Positions 28,945 through 39,796 of a stretch of 64,000 nt of DNA are shown here, piece after piece. The notes under the pieces are model-generated. The model was not told where the DNA came from. It saw only the letters and a program-made list of their open reading frames with translations, and ran no database searches. Every line of letters starts with the position of its first letter. Within the stretch, counting starts at the first letter, position 1. The position numbers and the translations under genes were made by a program. The stretch comes from an uncultured delta proteobacterium (GTDB taxonomy: Bacteria > Desulfobacterota > Binatia > UBA9968), in the NCBI GenBank assembly GCA_963760795.1, contig CAVXEP010000017.1, forward strand, positions 80,805 to 144,804, given 5' to 3'.

Positions 28945-31846
28945 CAAAACACCTCGCGCCAACCGATTAGCTTGCGTAGCGCGACCAGAGGTATCTGCGT
29001 CGTTGAGATCTGCTGGTTCGTCGTACCAGATATTACGTAGGGTGTTCCCTGATTGCCCTGCTGACTCATGATGATGATCGGTTTGGACGGAATACCTGAT
29101 CCGATAGTCTTGGCCAGCGTTAAAGCCGCGGTTCCGGCAACAGCAACCGCCCCAGTCGTCAAGTTGAGCGCGGCGTCACCGGTAGTCATGTTGATCGAGT
29201 ACAGCTTAGCATCACCGCCACCACCGCCACAGACCGCCGCGGTCGACGGCGTGAAACTGGTAAAAAGCACCACGGAATTAAACACATCCGCCGATGCTAG
29301 AATTTTTTCATTGCTATTCAGGGGCACATACCAGCCTTGGGTAACCGTCCCAGTCCCGCTGCTGACATTGGTCAAACTGGATTCTGTCAAAGTACTCCCA
29401 TTGGCCATTGTCGTATTTTCCTTGATCCCATAGAAACGATTCGACGCCGTACTGTTCGGGTGATAGCGGTCGCCGGAGCCGATGAACAGCCATAGATTGC
29501 TATTAGCGTCGTAGGCGAGCGTGGGCGGGGAATACATCCCTTGAGCAGGATAATACTGTCCCGCGGCGGGCGGATTGGTTTGACTCGATGCCGCGGCGAA
29601 TAATCGTTTGCCCATCCAGCAATCGGTGTCCGTAATCGACGAGCAGTTCTTCACCGTCCCGCTAACAAGGGACGCCGCTTTGGACATATCGAACTTCCAC
29701 ATTTGCCCGCCGACGTCGGCGATATAAACACGGTCGATATAACCATCGCCATTGAGATCCACCGCCGTAGGCGAGGCCGGGAGACTAAAATTCATCTGGG
29801 CAGCGTCCGCCGAGTTCGCCACGGATGCCGAGAATTCCCATAACTTGGCCCCATTCGACAGGTCGATCACAAAAAAGGCTTCACTGACAACGTTGCCGCT
29901 ATCGTAATTGGCGAACGTGCTATCGAAACCACCGCCGACAAACGCAACCCACTTGTCGGTGCCATCCGACATTTTGATTTTTCCGATCGCCGGCTCCGAC
30001 CAGGTCTCGCCCAATCGCGCGTGGCTGAAGCTCCACAGATATAGCGGATTGGTGGTATCGGTGATGTCGAGAGCATAGTAGTTGTTACCGCCGCGGCGCT
30101 GACCGAAGACGACGATGGTTTTCCAGCTGCCGCCGATCTTGACATCGGCAGCAATCGGACTGGAGTCCACCGTATATTCGTGTGTGCCGTTATGTGCCGT
30201 CATGTCATTCAGATCGTCGAGGACATGCGGCGGGATAAAGCCCCACAATTCAGCGCCGTCGCTTTCTTGAAATGCGTGCAGCACGCCATCGTTCGCCCCG
30301 GCGATCAGTACGGAAGTGCGACTGGCTTGAGCCGATTTAAAGGTATTGTAGGTTGCATCGGACGACGCCCGGAACGGTGGCGACACCAAAACAGGGGTCG
30401 AGTGAAAAATATCGCCGAGCTTCCATGGGCGATCTTCCATTGTATTTATGCCATCGCCGTCCTCATCATTCGTATCCGGCGTACCACGTATAAAATTGAT
30501 CACCCTGTTCTTTTCTGTACTACCTGAGACGCCCAACAAAGTATCGGTAACAGCCGAATTGCTGGTTGTGAAACTTTCCCTTGTGCCACTAACTACAGTG
30601 TAGAGGGTTCTGCTTGCCGGTGTCTTGATGCTCAGCGCTTGGCCGGCGTCCCAGGCCGGCGTCCCGGAAGGCAGTCCGTTAACGTCAACCGGTATCAGCC
30701 CATTGGAGTCGCGGTTATATGCCTTCAAGTAGCCCTGCCAGAACGGGCGCGAGGGATTGGACTGAAACGATGCCAGATACGCTCGGCTCGTGCCGCTCGT
30801 CCCGGTGGTCGGCACCACCGGCGTCGCGAATGAAAACGTCGCCGCCATGATCTGGCTGATCGCATCCTCCAGCGCTTGCTCCAGCGCCGTTTCAGTGGTC
30901 GCGGTGTAGTAACTGCCGCCGCCGTTCTTGGCAGCGTCTTGAAGATTCGTCGTTCCACCCGCGGCGATGTCCGCCGCGGAAAGACCAAAACCTACCGTAT
31001 GAACGATGACATTCTGCTTGCCGGTGAAACTGCCAGCATGGTCCTCGGTGTAGCGGTTGGCCGCTTCCGTGCGCACATCCAGCGAACCGTTTTGAATACC
31101 GTCCGTCATCAAAATAACGAAGTTAGGCTGGCACTCATATTGAATCGGAGAACTGTAGCCGGTGTAGGTTCCCTTGTAATAATTGCCGGCATCCCGCAAT
31201 TGTTCCCCAAGTGGCGTGATACCGGTAGGCGTGAGCGTGTCGATCGCCGCCAATATCGTGGCCTTGCTCGATCCGACTTCCGCCAACATGGTAGCGCCGT
31301 TGGGGCTGTATTTAAACTTCATCACGCCGAAGCGAACACCATCGACGTTGTTGATCAGGTTTTTGACCACGCGCTTGGCAACGACGATCTTCTGTTCAGG
31401 CGTAGAACAGCTCGAGCACGCTTTATAATTAAGATAGTTTCCCAGAAATAGGTCGACGTTAGATCCTGAAATACTGCCGCTCCAAAACCCTGAGGCGGAT
31501 AACGCCGTTCGTGCCGCGGAACTGTTCACCTGGGCAACCGTGTTGGTGTAAACTTTGTAGCAGGGCTTGGGATTGGGTTTACAGTCCTTCTTAGACGTGT
31601 ATTTGCGATAAACTTTGTTGGTGCTGTAATCGAGAGGTGTACTGTACGTCGTGCTAGAGGCGTAACCGCTAGCGGGCACTGTGTCGCTCATACTCCCGGA
31701 ATTGTCGAACAGGATCAAAACGTTGGGCGAAATATTGCTGCCGAAGATATCGCTATCGTCGGCTTTAGCTATACGCACATGGCTGACGTTCAAGAATATA
31801 ATGCAAACGATCTGGACCAACGCTAAGAACTTTTTCTAAGTGTCAT
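28944..31846 (-). CDS. pilY1: Type IV pilus tip adhesin PilY1/PilC with N-terminal VWA domain
   Basis: PNVLILFDNSGSM MIDAS, LMTDG, WKLGDIFHSTP, GANDGVLHAF, ELWGFIP, LGETWSEP, DLNGDGYIDRVY. Probable ATG at 31846 needs one extra A in a homopolymer. Confidence 0.92.
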
Positions 31847-31857
31847 ACATGATACTC

Positions 31858-32344
31858 CTACTGGGCGACTGGACCGTACAGCGCGAGGGCTTCGACCTCG
31901 CGCGCAGCCGTTTCAGAACCAATCGACGGACAACCGGATGCAAGGCTATAAGTGCCGGTAACATTGACTTGATACTGATAGAACGAATAACCGGAACGTT
32001 GTAGACCCGTCCCGGACCCCAGCGAGTAGCCCACCTTGGGTCTTCAGGGTCGGAGTCATGGACGACGGTGTGCCGTCCCGTTTGCCAAAGCGGTAACAAA
32101 GGTTATTGCCCAAAGTCACCGGTGTTGATGACGGTGTCGCGCCGGGAGTGACCGACAGGGCGATGGCCAACATGCCCGTATCGGCGGCGTTGAATGCTCT
32201 CGTACCGGTGCGGTAGTTCATCGCCACTTTGGTGTTGATCCCGCTAAAAATGAGTCCGGCGCCGATCACCGTGAGTAGTATCGCCATCACCATCAACACG
32301 ACGACGAGGCTGATGCCTTGATTACTGTTTAGCCTGGCTTTCAT
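31858..32344 (-). CDS. pilX: Minor pilin PilX-like, frameshifted in the 3' half
   Basis: QG|ISLVVVLMVMAILL (no Glu5), RAFNAADTG; out-of-frame C-terminus AREVEALALYGPVAQ ends at 31858. Confidence 0.75.
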
Positions 32345-32382
32345 GCTTTCCTCTCGAAAGGTTTTCGCCCGTCCTTTGACGG

Positions 32383-33024
32383 TCAGACTCCATGGTTCCG
32401 CAAATCCGCGGTCAACGACATGGTCACCGGCGAACCGGTAAAGTTGCTATCGGTGCTCTTCGGCGCGACGGTTAGCGAGATGGTGATCTTCTGCACGGTC
32501 TTATAGTTTGACGACAGAGTCCCACTGCAACCGGACGGCACATTAGTTGAGACGCAGAAGGGCGCCGGCGCGCTGCTCGTTGTTTGCTGCGGATAATAGG
32601 TAAACGCTACCGCCGTAACGTTTCCATCCGAAAGCGCTACACCGTTACGCGTGACGTTCTTATTGGCGGTATCGTAGGCAAAGGCGATGATCTCGTCATC
32701 GCCACTGCACGCGCCATTGCTGTTTTTATCGTATTGAATGGTTATTCCCGTGGCCGTTGCCGCCGTGATCCCGCCCGTTGCATCGCACGCGGTGGATGGA
32801 AAATATCCCGCGTTCCTGACTTCCCGCACCACCATGTCGTTCACCGTCAGCGCGTATTCGTTCGCTTCCATTTTGCTTTCTTGGCCTTTGACCGTATGGG
32901 ATTGGGCGCGAAACAAGCTGCCGACGCCGGCCAACACGAACAGAGATAATCCCATGGAAACCATAAGTTCCGTCAGGGTAAATCCCCGCTCGTTTTTAAG
33001 CGCTAGGGATGGCCATGTTGTCAT
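32383..33024 (-). CDS. pilW: Minor pilin PilW-like
   Basis: RG|FTLTELMVSM prepilin site, REVRNAGY, C-terminal DLRN. Confidence 0.85.
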   Translation of the reverse strand: MTTWPSLALKNERGFTLTELMVSMGLSLFVLAGVGSLFRAQSHTVKGQESKMEANEYALTVNDMVVREVRNAGYFPSTACDATGGITAATATGITIQYDKNSNGACSGDDEIIAFAYDTANKNVTRNGVALSDGNVTAVAFTYYPQQTTSSAPAPFCVSTNVPSGCSGTLSSNYKTVQKITISLTVAPKSTDSNFTGSPVTMSLTADLRNHGV

Positions 33025-33055
33025 TGGCTGAGCGTATGAAATTCATTGGTGCTTT

Positions 33056-33460
33056 TCACTGGGCGACCGATGAGGAGAATGTCAGACTTTGATTGGTATA
33101 GTCCTTCCAATCGATTTTGACGTCGATCTTATTCATACCAGCGGCTGGGGAGTTCGCCGTGATCATCCAACTTCGAGTATACGTGAAGCCTGACGCGGCC
33201 TGGGTATCAGAACACCCAGACGTCGAATAGTTTGGGCATGACAAGGCGGTAAAGGCTGTGTTTTTCATCGCTCTGATTTCTTCCAGCTTCGCCTGGGCAA
33301 GATTGATCGCGGCGGCATTCAAATGACTGTTGTTATTGGTCCGAGTGATTGTCACCGTACCCACGGCAAGACCGAGCACCGCGAAGGTGAAGATGGTCAA
33401 GGCGACCAATATTTCCACCAACGTGAATCCCGCCGAATTATTGAATTGTTTGAGTTTCAT
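33056..33460 (-). CDS. pilV: Minor pilin PilV-like
   Basis: AG|FTLVEILVALTIF, AINLAQAKLEEIR. Confidence 0.85.
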   Translation of the reverse strand: MKLKQFNNSAGFTLVEILVALTIFTFAVLGLAVGTVTITRTNNNSHLNAAAINLAQAKLEEIRAMKNTAFTALSCPNYSTSGCSDTQAASGFTYTRSWMITANSPAAGMNKIDVKIDWKDYTNQSLTFSSSVAQ

Positions 33461-33476
33461 CGGTTCGCCCGACAAT

Positions 33477-33980
33477 TTAGGTGCAAACGCTGTCCTGAAT
33501 CTTGATTCTGCCGATCACGGTCACGCAGACCCACTTGTTCGTAGTGCCATTGCTCAGGCGAATTGTGGTCGCTGCCGGGACCGTGCCGCGGGTTTGAAAC
33601 TGCGGCGAGGTCCCTGGGGGCGTTATGGTTATTCCCTCCGGTATCGCCATGTTGCCGCCATCGTTGGCGCAGGTTCCGTTGCAGCGCTGGACGATGTAAG
33701 TGGAAGTCGAGAAATTGATCTGATGAGGTATACTTTGGGCGATCGCTTTCATCCGCACCTGCTGCAACTCCGTGGCAACCTGGCGCGCTGCGTCATTAAG
33801 CCGAAGCCTCGGCAAAGTGCTTCGAAAAGCCGGGATCGCGATGACCATCAACAGCCCGCCTACGCCCAGAGTTGCCATCAATTCGATCAGCGTGAAGCCA
33901 CGACAATTAGTCGCGTGTTGGAAGATTCCCAGCCTCTTTTTCATACGTAAATTTCGCTTCGAGTGTCGCCGATAAATCAT
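33477..33980 (-). CDS. fimT: Minor pilin FimT/FimU (GspH-like)
   Basis: RG|FTLIELM, AARQVATELQQVRMKAI, FQTRG, GRIKI. Confidence 0.85.
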   Translation of the reverse strand: MIYRRHSKRNLRMKKRLGIFQHATNCRGFTLIELMATLGVGGLLMVIAIPAFRSTLPRLRLNDAARQVATELQQVRMKAIAQSIPHQINFSTSTYIVQRCNGTCANDGGNMAIPEGITITPPGTSPQFQTRGTVPAATTIRLSNGTTNKWVCVTVIGRIKIQDSVCT

Positions 33981-34003
33981 TGGTTTCTCGCTCCACCGAA
34001 TGA

Positions 34004-34018
34004 GCTATTAGCATGCCA
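34004..34018 (-). promoter_or_regulatory. Sigma54 (-24/-12) promoter for the minor pilin operon
   Basis: Minus strand TGGCATGCTAATAGC: GG-N10-GC spacing, 24 nt upstream of the fimT ATG. Confidence 0.65.
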
Positions 34019-34114
34019 AGCAAGCACGATCGCACTTTCAAGATGATCCCGGGAAATTGACGTAGTCTGGGAAGGTCAGAGTGATTCCGACGCTAGCCCC
34101 GGACCACTGAGGCA

Positions 34115-34131
34115 CTGACAATTTTTGTCAG
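34115..34131. promoter_or_regulatory. Palindromic candidate enhancer (UAS) for a sigma54 activator
   Basis: CTGACAA-ttt-TTGTCAG, about 100 bp upstream of the -24 element. Confidence 0.5.
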
Positions 34132-34348
34132 AATGCCGAAAACCGACGAATGTGACGCTTAGAAAACTATCGCAATTGTCGTTAGTTTCGGAAAACGGCG
34201 GAAATTTAGAAAAGATGAGGTTCGTCAAACCTCGGGGAGTGTTAAAAATTGTGACTGGCACAGTTGTCAGCTACTGGGGAAGTGCGAGGACCCGCTAAAC
34301 CGGCAAGTGAAAATGCCAATCCTCCGGCCAAACTAGGGATTCATGAGA

Positions 34349-36376
34349 CTACGGACCGATGCGCGGCGGAAATGACTGGTCTCCATAGGTTTTCCCCATT
34401 TGCTCGCGCCAGATCTGTTCCGCGGACGGGAGATTTGTCGCGCCGGCATCGATGATTCTTGGAGTGATAAAAACCATCAGCTCCTCAAAGTTTTTTTGTA
34501 TCGATTCACTCTTAAAGAGCCAACCCAAGATTGGAATATTTCTTAGATATGGCACGCCCCCGGTTGATTCCGAGCTCGTGTCCTTCAAAATACCACCCAA
34601 GACAATCGTTTCACCGTCTTTGACCAAAACATTGGCCACGACTTCGCGATTAATTTCATCGAACGGGATCACGCTCGCTGAGCCACTAACCGTCGGCGAA
34701 TCCGCGATCGTACTGGATTTGACGTTGATATTCATCGAGATATAACCGTCGCTCGAAACTTGCGGTGTTACGGTAAGAATAATACCAACCGGGACTTTTT
34801 CCGTTGCCACCGCGGAACCAGCTGCCGAAGAACCGCTACCCGTTGCGATGTTTGTCGAACTGGGCAAGTTAATTCTCAAGATCTTCTCGCTGCGAATTGT
34901 CGAAGCGATATTGTTAAGCGTGACTACCGACGGGCGCGAGATGATTCGCGCGTTTCCTTCCTTTTCAGCCGCTTCAAGCGTCGCTGATAGATTTCTAAAA
35001 CCGCCCAAGACACTTTGAATAACAGAGACGGTACCGCCAAATCCGCCGGGGGCTAGAGGGAAAGCGGAGCTGTTTCCGGCGAACGGCGACCCAGCTCCTT
35101 GAGCACTGCTGAAGTTAGCCCCCCCGCTGTTAAATTGTAGTCTCAGCCCGAGTGCCCGAGCGAAGGTCGGTGTCGTTTCAATCAAATTGGATTCAATCAA
35201 AATCTGCGGGGTTCGGGTGTCCAGTTTGCTGACCAACGTACTCGCGTCCTCGATGGTTTTTTTTACGTCGCGAATCATTATCGTATTACTGCGTTCATCG
35301 ATCACCAGCGAGACATCCGGCCGTTTGCTCAAGACCGTTTTTATTTTCGCCTCGAGATCCTTAGCCTTGGCATAGTTGACATTGAAATAAACGGTCAGGA
35401 GCGGTTCGAGGTTCTCCTCGGATTTACGTGCTGCCACCACCGCATCGCGCTCGGTTTTGAGGGTGCCCGCTGTCGAGATGCGCACGACATTGCCGATCTG
35501 CTCCTTACCGAGACCATTGGTATTGATCAGAAGATCGAGCGCTTGATCCCAGGGAACCTCCACCAGGCGCAGGGTTACCTTGCGATTGACGTCGGCCGTC
35601 ACGATGATATTTAGACCGCTGATTTCGGCGAGAAGTCGGAAGATGTTTTTAATATCGGCGTCCTTGAAATCGAAGGACAGTTTTTGCCCAGTGTACCTTT
35701 TCTCGTCAGGAATATTCCCACCGCTTGTTGAGGCGGAAGCCGGACTGTCGCCCAACGCCACCCGCGCTTGGCCGACCACGTTATCCATCCGCTTGCCGCC
35801 GAGCACCAGCGTACGCTCCTGTGTGCCGGGAATTTTTGGATCGTCGCTGCCAATGACGATGCGCAGACCGTTGTTTTCCGGAGTCACAGTATAGACCGGC
35901 GGCGTGCTCGGAACCATGTCCGCGGTGAGTCTCAAGGAGCCTTGTGCTGAACTGAATCGCACAGTACCGATCAATTGCGTGCCGACACGGAAGGTTTCAA
36001 AATCTGCTGGTGTTCTGGCGTCGCCTATAATATCCAGAACAATTCTTGCCGGCTGGATCAATGGAAAATGACGATACTGCGAGATCGGCTTGGAGAGTTT
36101 TAATAGCAAAACCGTCTGCCCAGACTGCTCACGAACCGAAAAATCTTGAATCTGTAGCTGTTCCTCGTCGGCGCGAGCGGACGGCTGTGGCGGCGCTGGA
36201 GTTTTCGCCCTGGGGCTTGGTTGCGGCTCCACCGAGGTCGCGTTCGAGCAAGCGCTGCCATAAATGACTACCAGGATGGCTAGTAGCAACAACGGTAGAT
36301 AACATAACGGTAGCGTGTAACGGCTTCTGAGCGAGCCCGCGGATTTTTGCCGATGATATGAGTCGATTCTATTCAT
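34349..36376 (-). CDS. pilQ: Type IV pilus secretin
   Basis: Lipobox-like GSAC, AMIN-like domain, YTGQKLSFDFKDADI, VPWDQALD, DERSN, QILIES, VKDGETIVLGGI, GVPYLRNIPILGWLF; exact start uncertain. Confidence 0.95.
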   Translation of the reverse strand: MNRIDSYHRQKSAGSLRSRYTLPLCYLPLLLLAILVVIYGSACSNATSVEPQPSPRAKTPAPPQPSARADEEQLQIQDFSVREQSGQTVLLLKLSKPISQYRHFPLIQPARIVLDIIGDARTPADFETFRVGTQLIGTVRFSSAQGSLRLTADMVPSTPPVYTVTPENNGLRIVIGSDDPKIPGTQERTLVLGGKRMDNVVGQARVALGDSPASASTSGGNIPDEKRYTGQKLSFDFKDADIKNIFRLLAEISGLNIIVTADVNRKVTLRLVEVPWDQALDLLINTNGLGKEQIGNVVRISTAGTLKTERDAVVAARKSEENLEPLLTVYFNVNYAKAKDLEAKIKTVLSKRPDVSLVIDERSNTIMIRDVKKTIEDASTLVSKLDTRTPQILIESNLIETTPTFARALGLRLQFNSGGANFSSAQGAGSPFAGNSSAFPLAPGGFGGTVSVIQSVLGGFRNLSATLEAAEKEGNARIISRPSVVTLNNIASTIRSEKILRINLPSSTNIATGSGSSAAGSAVATEKVPVGIILTVTPQVSSDGYISMNINVKSSTIADSPTVSGSASVIPFDEINREVVANVLVKDGETIVLGGILKDTSSESTGGVPYLRNIPILGWLFKSESIQKNFEELMVFITPRIIDAGATNLPSAEQIWREQMGKTYGDQSFPPRIGP

Positions 36377-36377
36377 C

Positions 36378-36953
36378 CTACTGCTCCACCGCCAGCCTCA
36401 TGCTGACTTCGCGTCTCTTTTTCGCGCCGTATAAGTCGACGAAAAACTCCTCGACGATTAGACTATCGCGTCTAACCTCTCTTACCTTGCCATCGTTAGA
36501 GCCGATCGGCGTGCCGACTTTGACCATGTAACCGAGCCCCGAGCTATCTTCGACCAAGGCCGTCGGTTCTTTAACGTTCCAAACCACGCCGACGAGTTTG
36601 AGCTGGCCGATTTCGAAGCGCTCTAGAGGGGATAGGTTTTCCCGACGACGCGTGTTCGTGCGCACATTCAACGTAATCGGACGAAACGGATCGCGCCTCC
36701 CCGGCGCCAATCGTAGCCCCTCTGGTGCTTCGGCGTTGGTCTCTGAGGCCCCGGAGACGCTTTCGGTTGAAGGCGTAACTGCGGTCGATTTCTCCGCCTT
36801 CTCTGCTTTACTTACGGGTTGGGCCGCCGCAACCGTCTTTGCCGCCTCTACAGCTTTTGAGGACGTTGCCGGAGCGCTTGATTGTGCTAGCACTGGACTA
36901 CCGGCCAAGAGAATGAGCGAGGCGGTAAGTGTATTTTTGATCGTTCGTAACAC
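36378..36953 (-). CDS. pilP: Type IV pilus assembly protein PilP
   Basis: RRDPFRP, PLERFEIGQLKLVGVV, GYMVKVGTPIGSNDG. Confidence 0.92.
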   Translation of the reverse strand: MLRTIKNTLTASLILLAGSPVLAQSSAPATSSKAVEAAKTVAAAQPVSKAEKAEKSTAVTPSTESVSGASETNAEAPEGLRLAPGRRDPFRPITLNVRTNTRRRENLSPLERFEIGQLKLVGVVWNVKEPTALVEDSSGLGYMVKVGTPIGSNDGKVREVRRDSLIVEEFFVDLYGAKKRREVSMRLAVEQ

Positions 36954-36959
36954 GGCAAT

Positions 36960-37574
36960 CTATTTCTTGATTTTGACTTTATCGGCGGCTACCTTCTTAC
37001 GCTCAGCGTCATCGAGAAAGCGATAGGTGGTCGCCAGGTTGGAGATATCCATCGTCATCTGATCGTTGACAACCTTGGGATTGCGAAATTCGATATTATC
37101 GATATTGACGATGCGATTAAGCTTGCCGACTTCGTCAAAAAACCCCACTGCATTATGGAAGCCGCCGCGCACCACTATGTCCACCGGGACTTCCGCGTAG
37201 AACTCCTGGAACGCTTCATTGCGTGGACGGAACAGGACGATTTCCAAGCCCGCCTCCCGCGCTTTGTTAGAAAGATTCGTTAACAGGTCGGGAATTTCCT
37301 TGCGATCAGGCAGTTGGGCGACCGCTTCCTTGAGCTTCGTTTCCATCTCCCGAAGCTCTTTCTCAAGCCGCGCCAGGTTACCGGCCTTTTTTTCTTTGAC
37401 CAACTTTTCATTGCGGGCGATGTGGACACTTTCGGCTAAGTTAGCGATAGCATCGGAATTTGGACTGTAAACGAAACTGATATACAACCCATACGCCAAA
37501 CAGATAATCCCCGCCAAGATGCCAATTTTTCTGGCGACCGACTGTTCGAGGAATTTGTCGAGTAGCTGGTTCAA
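36960..37574 (-). CDS. pilO: Type IV pilus assembly protein PilO
   Basis: QLPDRKEIPDLL, FYAEVPV, GGFHNAVGFFDEVGKLNRIVNI, ATTYRF. Confidence 0.93.
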   Translation of the reverse strand: MNQLLDKFLEQSVARKIGILAGIICLAYGLYISFVYSPNSDAIANLAESVHIARNEKLVKEKKAGNLARLEKELREMETKLKEAVAQLPDRKEIPDLLTNLSNKAREAGLEIVLFRPRNEAFQEFYAEVPVDIVVRGGFHNAVGFFDEVGKLNRIVNIDNIEFRNPKVVNDQMTMDISNLATTYRFLDDAERKKVAADKVKIKK

Positions 37575-38176
37575 CCGCGTTGCTCCTGTTTGGTCGACGG
37601 ATTAACGCCAGGCGCAGCCGCCGCGGCCGCAGGTGGCAAATACGACACCGAAGCTCTGATTGCGAAACGCTTGTAAGGACCGGCGTCTTGACTACTTTGA
37701 GCCGTCTCCACTAATTCGACATCCCGGAAATACGGATATTTTGCCAACGCCGTGAGAAAGTCCGCCACGGTTTGGTTATCCGCGGCGATGCCGTTCATGC
37801 TGAGCCGACCGCCGATTTCTTTGAACTCGGTAAGCCAAAGTCTCGTCGGTGTCGCATCGGACAAACTTTGCATGACACCTACCGGACCGGCTTTTTTTCG
37901 GTTGAGATCGGTGATGACCTTGTGTTTGGCGGTGAACTCTTTTATCCGATTTTGTAAGTCGCCGACCTGCTTCACCTTGGTATTGAGTGCCTGGATTTCG
38001 TTACGCAGGGTCGCCAGCTCGGAATCGAGTGACGTGAGTTGATAATACTGCTGGGCGAACAGACCCGCGATAATCAGTCCGGCGATCCCGAGCACGATAC
38101 CGCCAATGGCCAGCTCGCGCCGCCGGCGTATGGCTGCCAACAATTCTTTTACTGGAAGCAAATTGACGCGGATCAT
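37571..38176 (-). CDS. pilN: Type IV pilus assembly protein PilN
   Basis: MIRVNLLP N-terminal motif, TM, coiled coil, LWLTE. Confidence 0.93.
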   Translation of the reverse strand: MIRVNLLPVKELLAAIRRRRELAIGGIVLGIAGLIIAGLFAQQYYQLTSLDSELATLRNEIQALNTKVKQVGDLQNRIKEFTAKHKVITDLNRKKAGPVGVMQSLSDATPTRLWLTEFKEIGGRLSMNGIAADNQTVADFLTALAKYPYFRDVELVETAQSSQDAGPYKRFAIRASVSYLPPAAAAAAPGVNPSTKQEQRG

Positions 38177-39273
38177 TTGTCCCCCGGCCTGCGGATCGAC
38201 AGCCCTGTGGCAACCGCAAATACCGGCGCATTCTCAGCCAGATAAACCCGGTCAATTTTTCTGCCGACATTGAAAACCTTAAACGGTTCACTGAGCTTCA
38301 CCGGAACGCTCATTCGCTCTTCCAGCATCGCGCGCAGTCCGGTTAGCCGCGCCCCGCCACCGCTCAGATAAATCGCCTTCAGCCCGTCGTTGTCGTCAGA
38401 CGGCACGGCACCATACAGACTGACCGTCCGGCGAATCTCTTCGGCCAACTCCTCTGAAATGGGATGTAACGCGGACTCAAGGTCTACACCCACAGCCTTT
38501 TCCGAAACTCCAGTGATCTTGAAGCTCTCGGCTTGTTCGCGCGATAGGTTTAAATGCTGTGAAAGTCTGTCGGTAAAATAGCCACCTCCGGTGGATAGAT
38601 CGCCGGTAAATGTCGATACGCCATTTTGCAATAGCGATATGCTGGTATTCTCCGCGCCAATATGAATCAGACCGGTCACGCCCTTAATGCCGTCGGCTTC
38701 ATAGTTAGCTTCAAACATGTTTTCCAGCGCGAAATAATCGACGTCCATCAGAGTAGGGGTCAGGCCAGCTTCCGAGATCGCATCGGTGTAGCTATTGACG
38801 ATTTCTTTTTTGACTGCCACCAGAAGGATTTCCATCCGGTTGCCATCTTCCGATTGGCTTAACACCTGGTAATCTAGATTGACATTCTCGATGTTCTCCG
38901 GAATCACATTCTGCGCTTCAAATTCAATGTTATTTTCTAACTCGGCCGACTCTTGTTTCGGCATCTGGAATTTTTTCATGATGACGGCGCGACCCGGCAC
39001 CGCGGAGATGACCTGTTTCGACGTCACGCCGCTTTGTTGAATCAGGCGCTTGATGGCATCGACGATCGGCCCAGGTTCGACGATCATATTATTTTTGATC
39101 GCGTTGCTTGGCAGCGGCACAACACCTAGATTCAAAACATGATAACCATTCTTGTCGATTGCGGTTTCGACCATCTTTATCGAAGTCGAGCCGATGTCGA
39201 GGGCAACATATCCACTACCCCCAGCCAGGGAGCCGAGAACGCCGAATTTAAGTTTGTTCCAGAGTGGCGTCAT
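38173..39273 (-). CDS. pilM: Type IV pilus assembly protein PilM
   Basis: ALDIGSTSIKMVE actin-like motif, DVDYFALEN, IYLSGGG, VATGLSIR. Confidence 0.95.
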   Translation of the reverse strand: MTPLWNKLKFGVLGSLAGGSGYVALDIGSTSIKMVETAIDKNGYHVLNLGVVPLPSNAIKNNMIVEPGPIVDAIKRLIQQSGVTSKQVISAVPGRAVIMKKFQMPKQESAELENNIEFEAQNVIPENIENVNLDYQVLSQSEDGNRMEILLVAVKKEIVNSYTDAISEAGLTPTLMDVDYFALENMFEANYEADGIKGVTGLIHIGAENTSISLLQNGVSTFTGDLSTGGGYFTDRLSQHLNLSREQAESFKITGVSEKAVGVDLESALHPISEELAEEIRRTVSLYGAVPSDDNDGLKAIYLSGGGARLTGLRAMLEERMSVPVKLSEPFKVFNVGRKIDRVYLAENAPVFAVATGLSIRRPGDK

Positions 39274-39278
39274 TAAAA

Positions 39279-39479
39279 TTATTGCTTGAAGAGTGTATTT
39301 TTTTGCTCGATCGACAATCCCAAAGCCAACAGGATCTTGCGTTTGGTGGCCATGCGGCAGTCCTTGCCTTTTTCAATGCGATCGAGAGTCAACGGCGATA
39401 TACCCGCCAAACGAGCGAGTTCAGCCTTGCTCAGCATCTTCGCTTCGCGAACCTTTTTGACGTTATTACTGTGAGCCAT
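39279..39479 (-). CDS. Small XRE-family helix-turn-helix protein heading the pilM operon
   Basis: NNVKKVREAKMLSKAELARLAGISPLTLDRIEKG; 5 nt upstream of pilM. Confidence 0.88.
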   Translation of the reverse strand: MAHSNNVKKVREAKMLSKAELARLAGISPLTLDRIEKGKDCRMATKRKILLALGLSIEQKNTLFKQ

Positions 39480-39796
39480 CGCTACAGGCGGTTTGACAGA
39501 GGATGGAAACTATTGGCAAAAGTAAGCAATACTGATCCAAAGAGACCCCTTAAGTCAACTTAAATTATATCTAAATTATGTATAAATATAGAACTTCGAT
39601 GCTTCTTTCATAAGCAAACCGACTGCCAAGGACTCCCCAGCAGCGCCGTGGTACCTTCGGGATAGTTAAGGCAGTTTCATGCCATTTGACCCACCTAACG
39701 GGTTAGGGCTAAGCGACGAGTTCGCACGACCATGAGGTTCTTGGACAATTTTGCGCAAAGTTGCATTTGCCGGGAGGTGCCGGTAAGAAACTAACC

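Noticed and set aside
39480-39796. Possible riboswitch or ncRNA (e.g. c-di-GMP) in the HTH-pilM / priA divergent region
   Set aside because: I could not match a GEMM or other known consensus; an Infernal/Rfam search would be needed.
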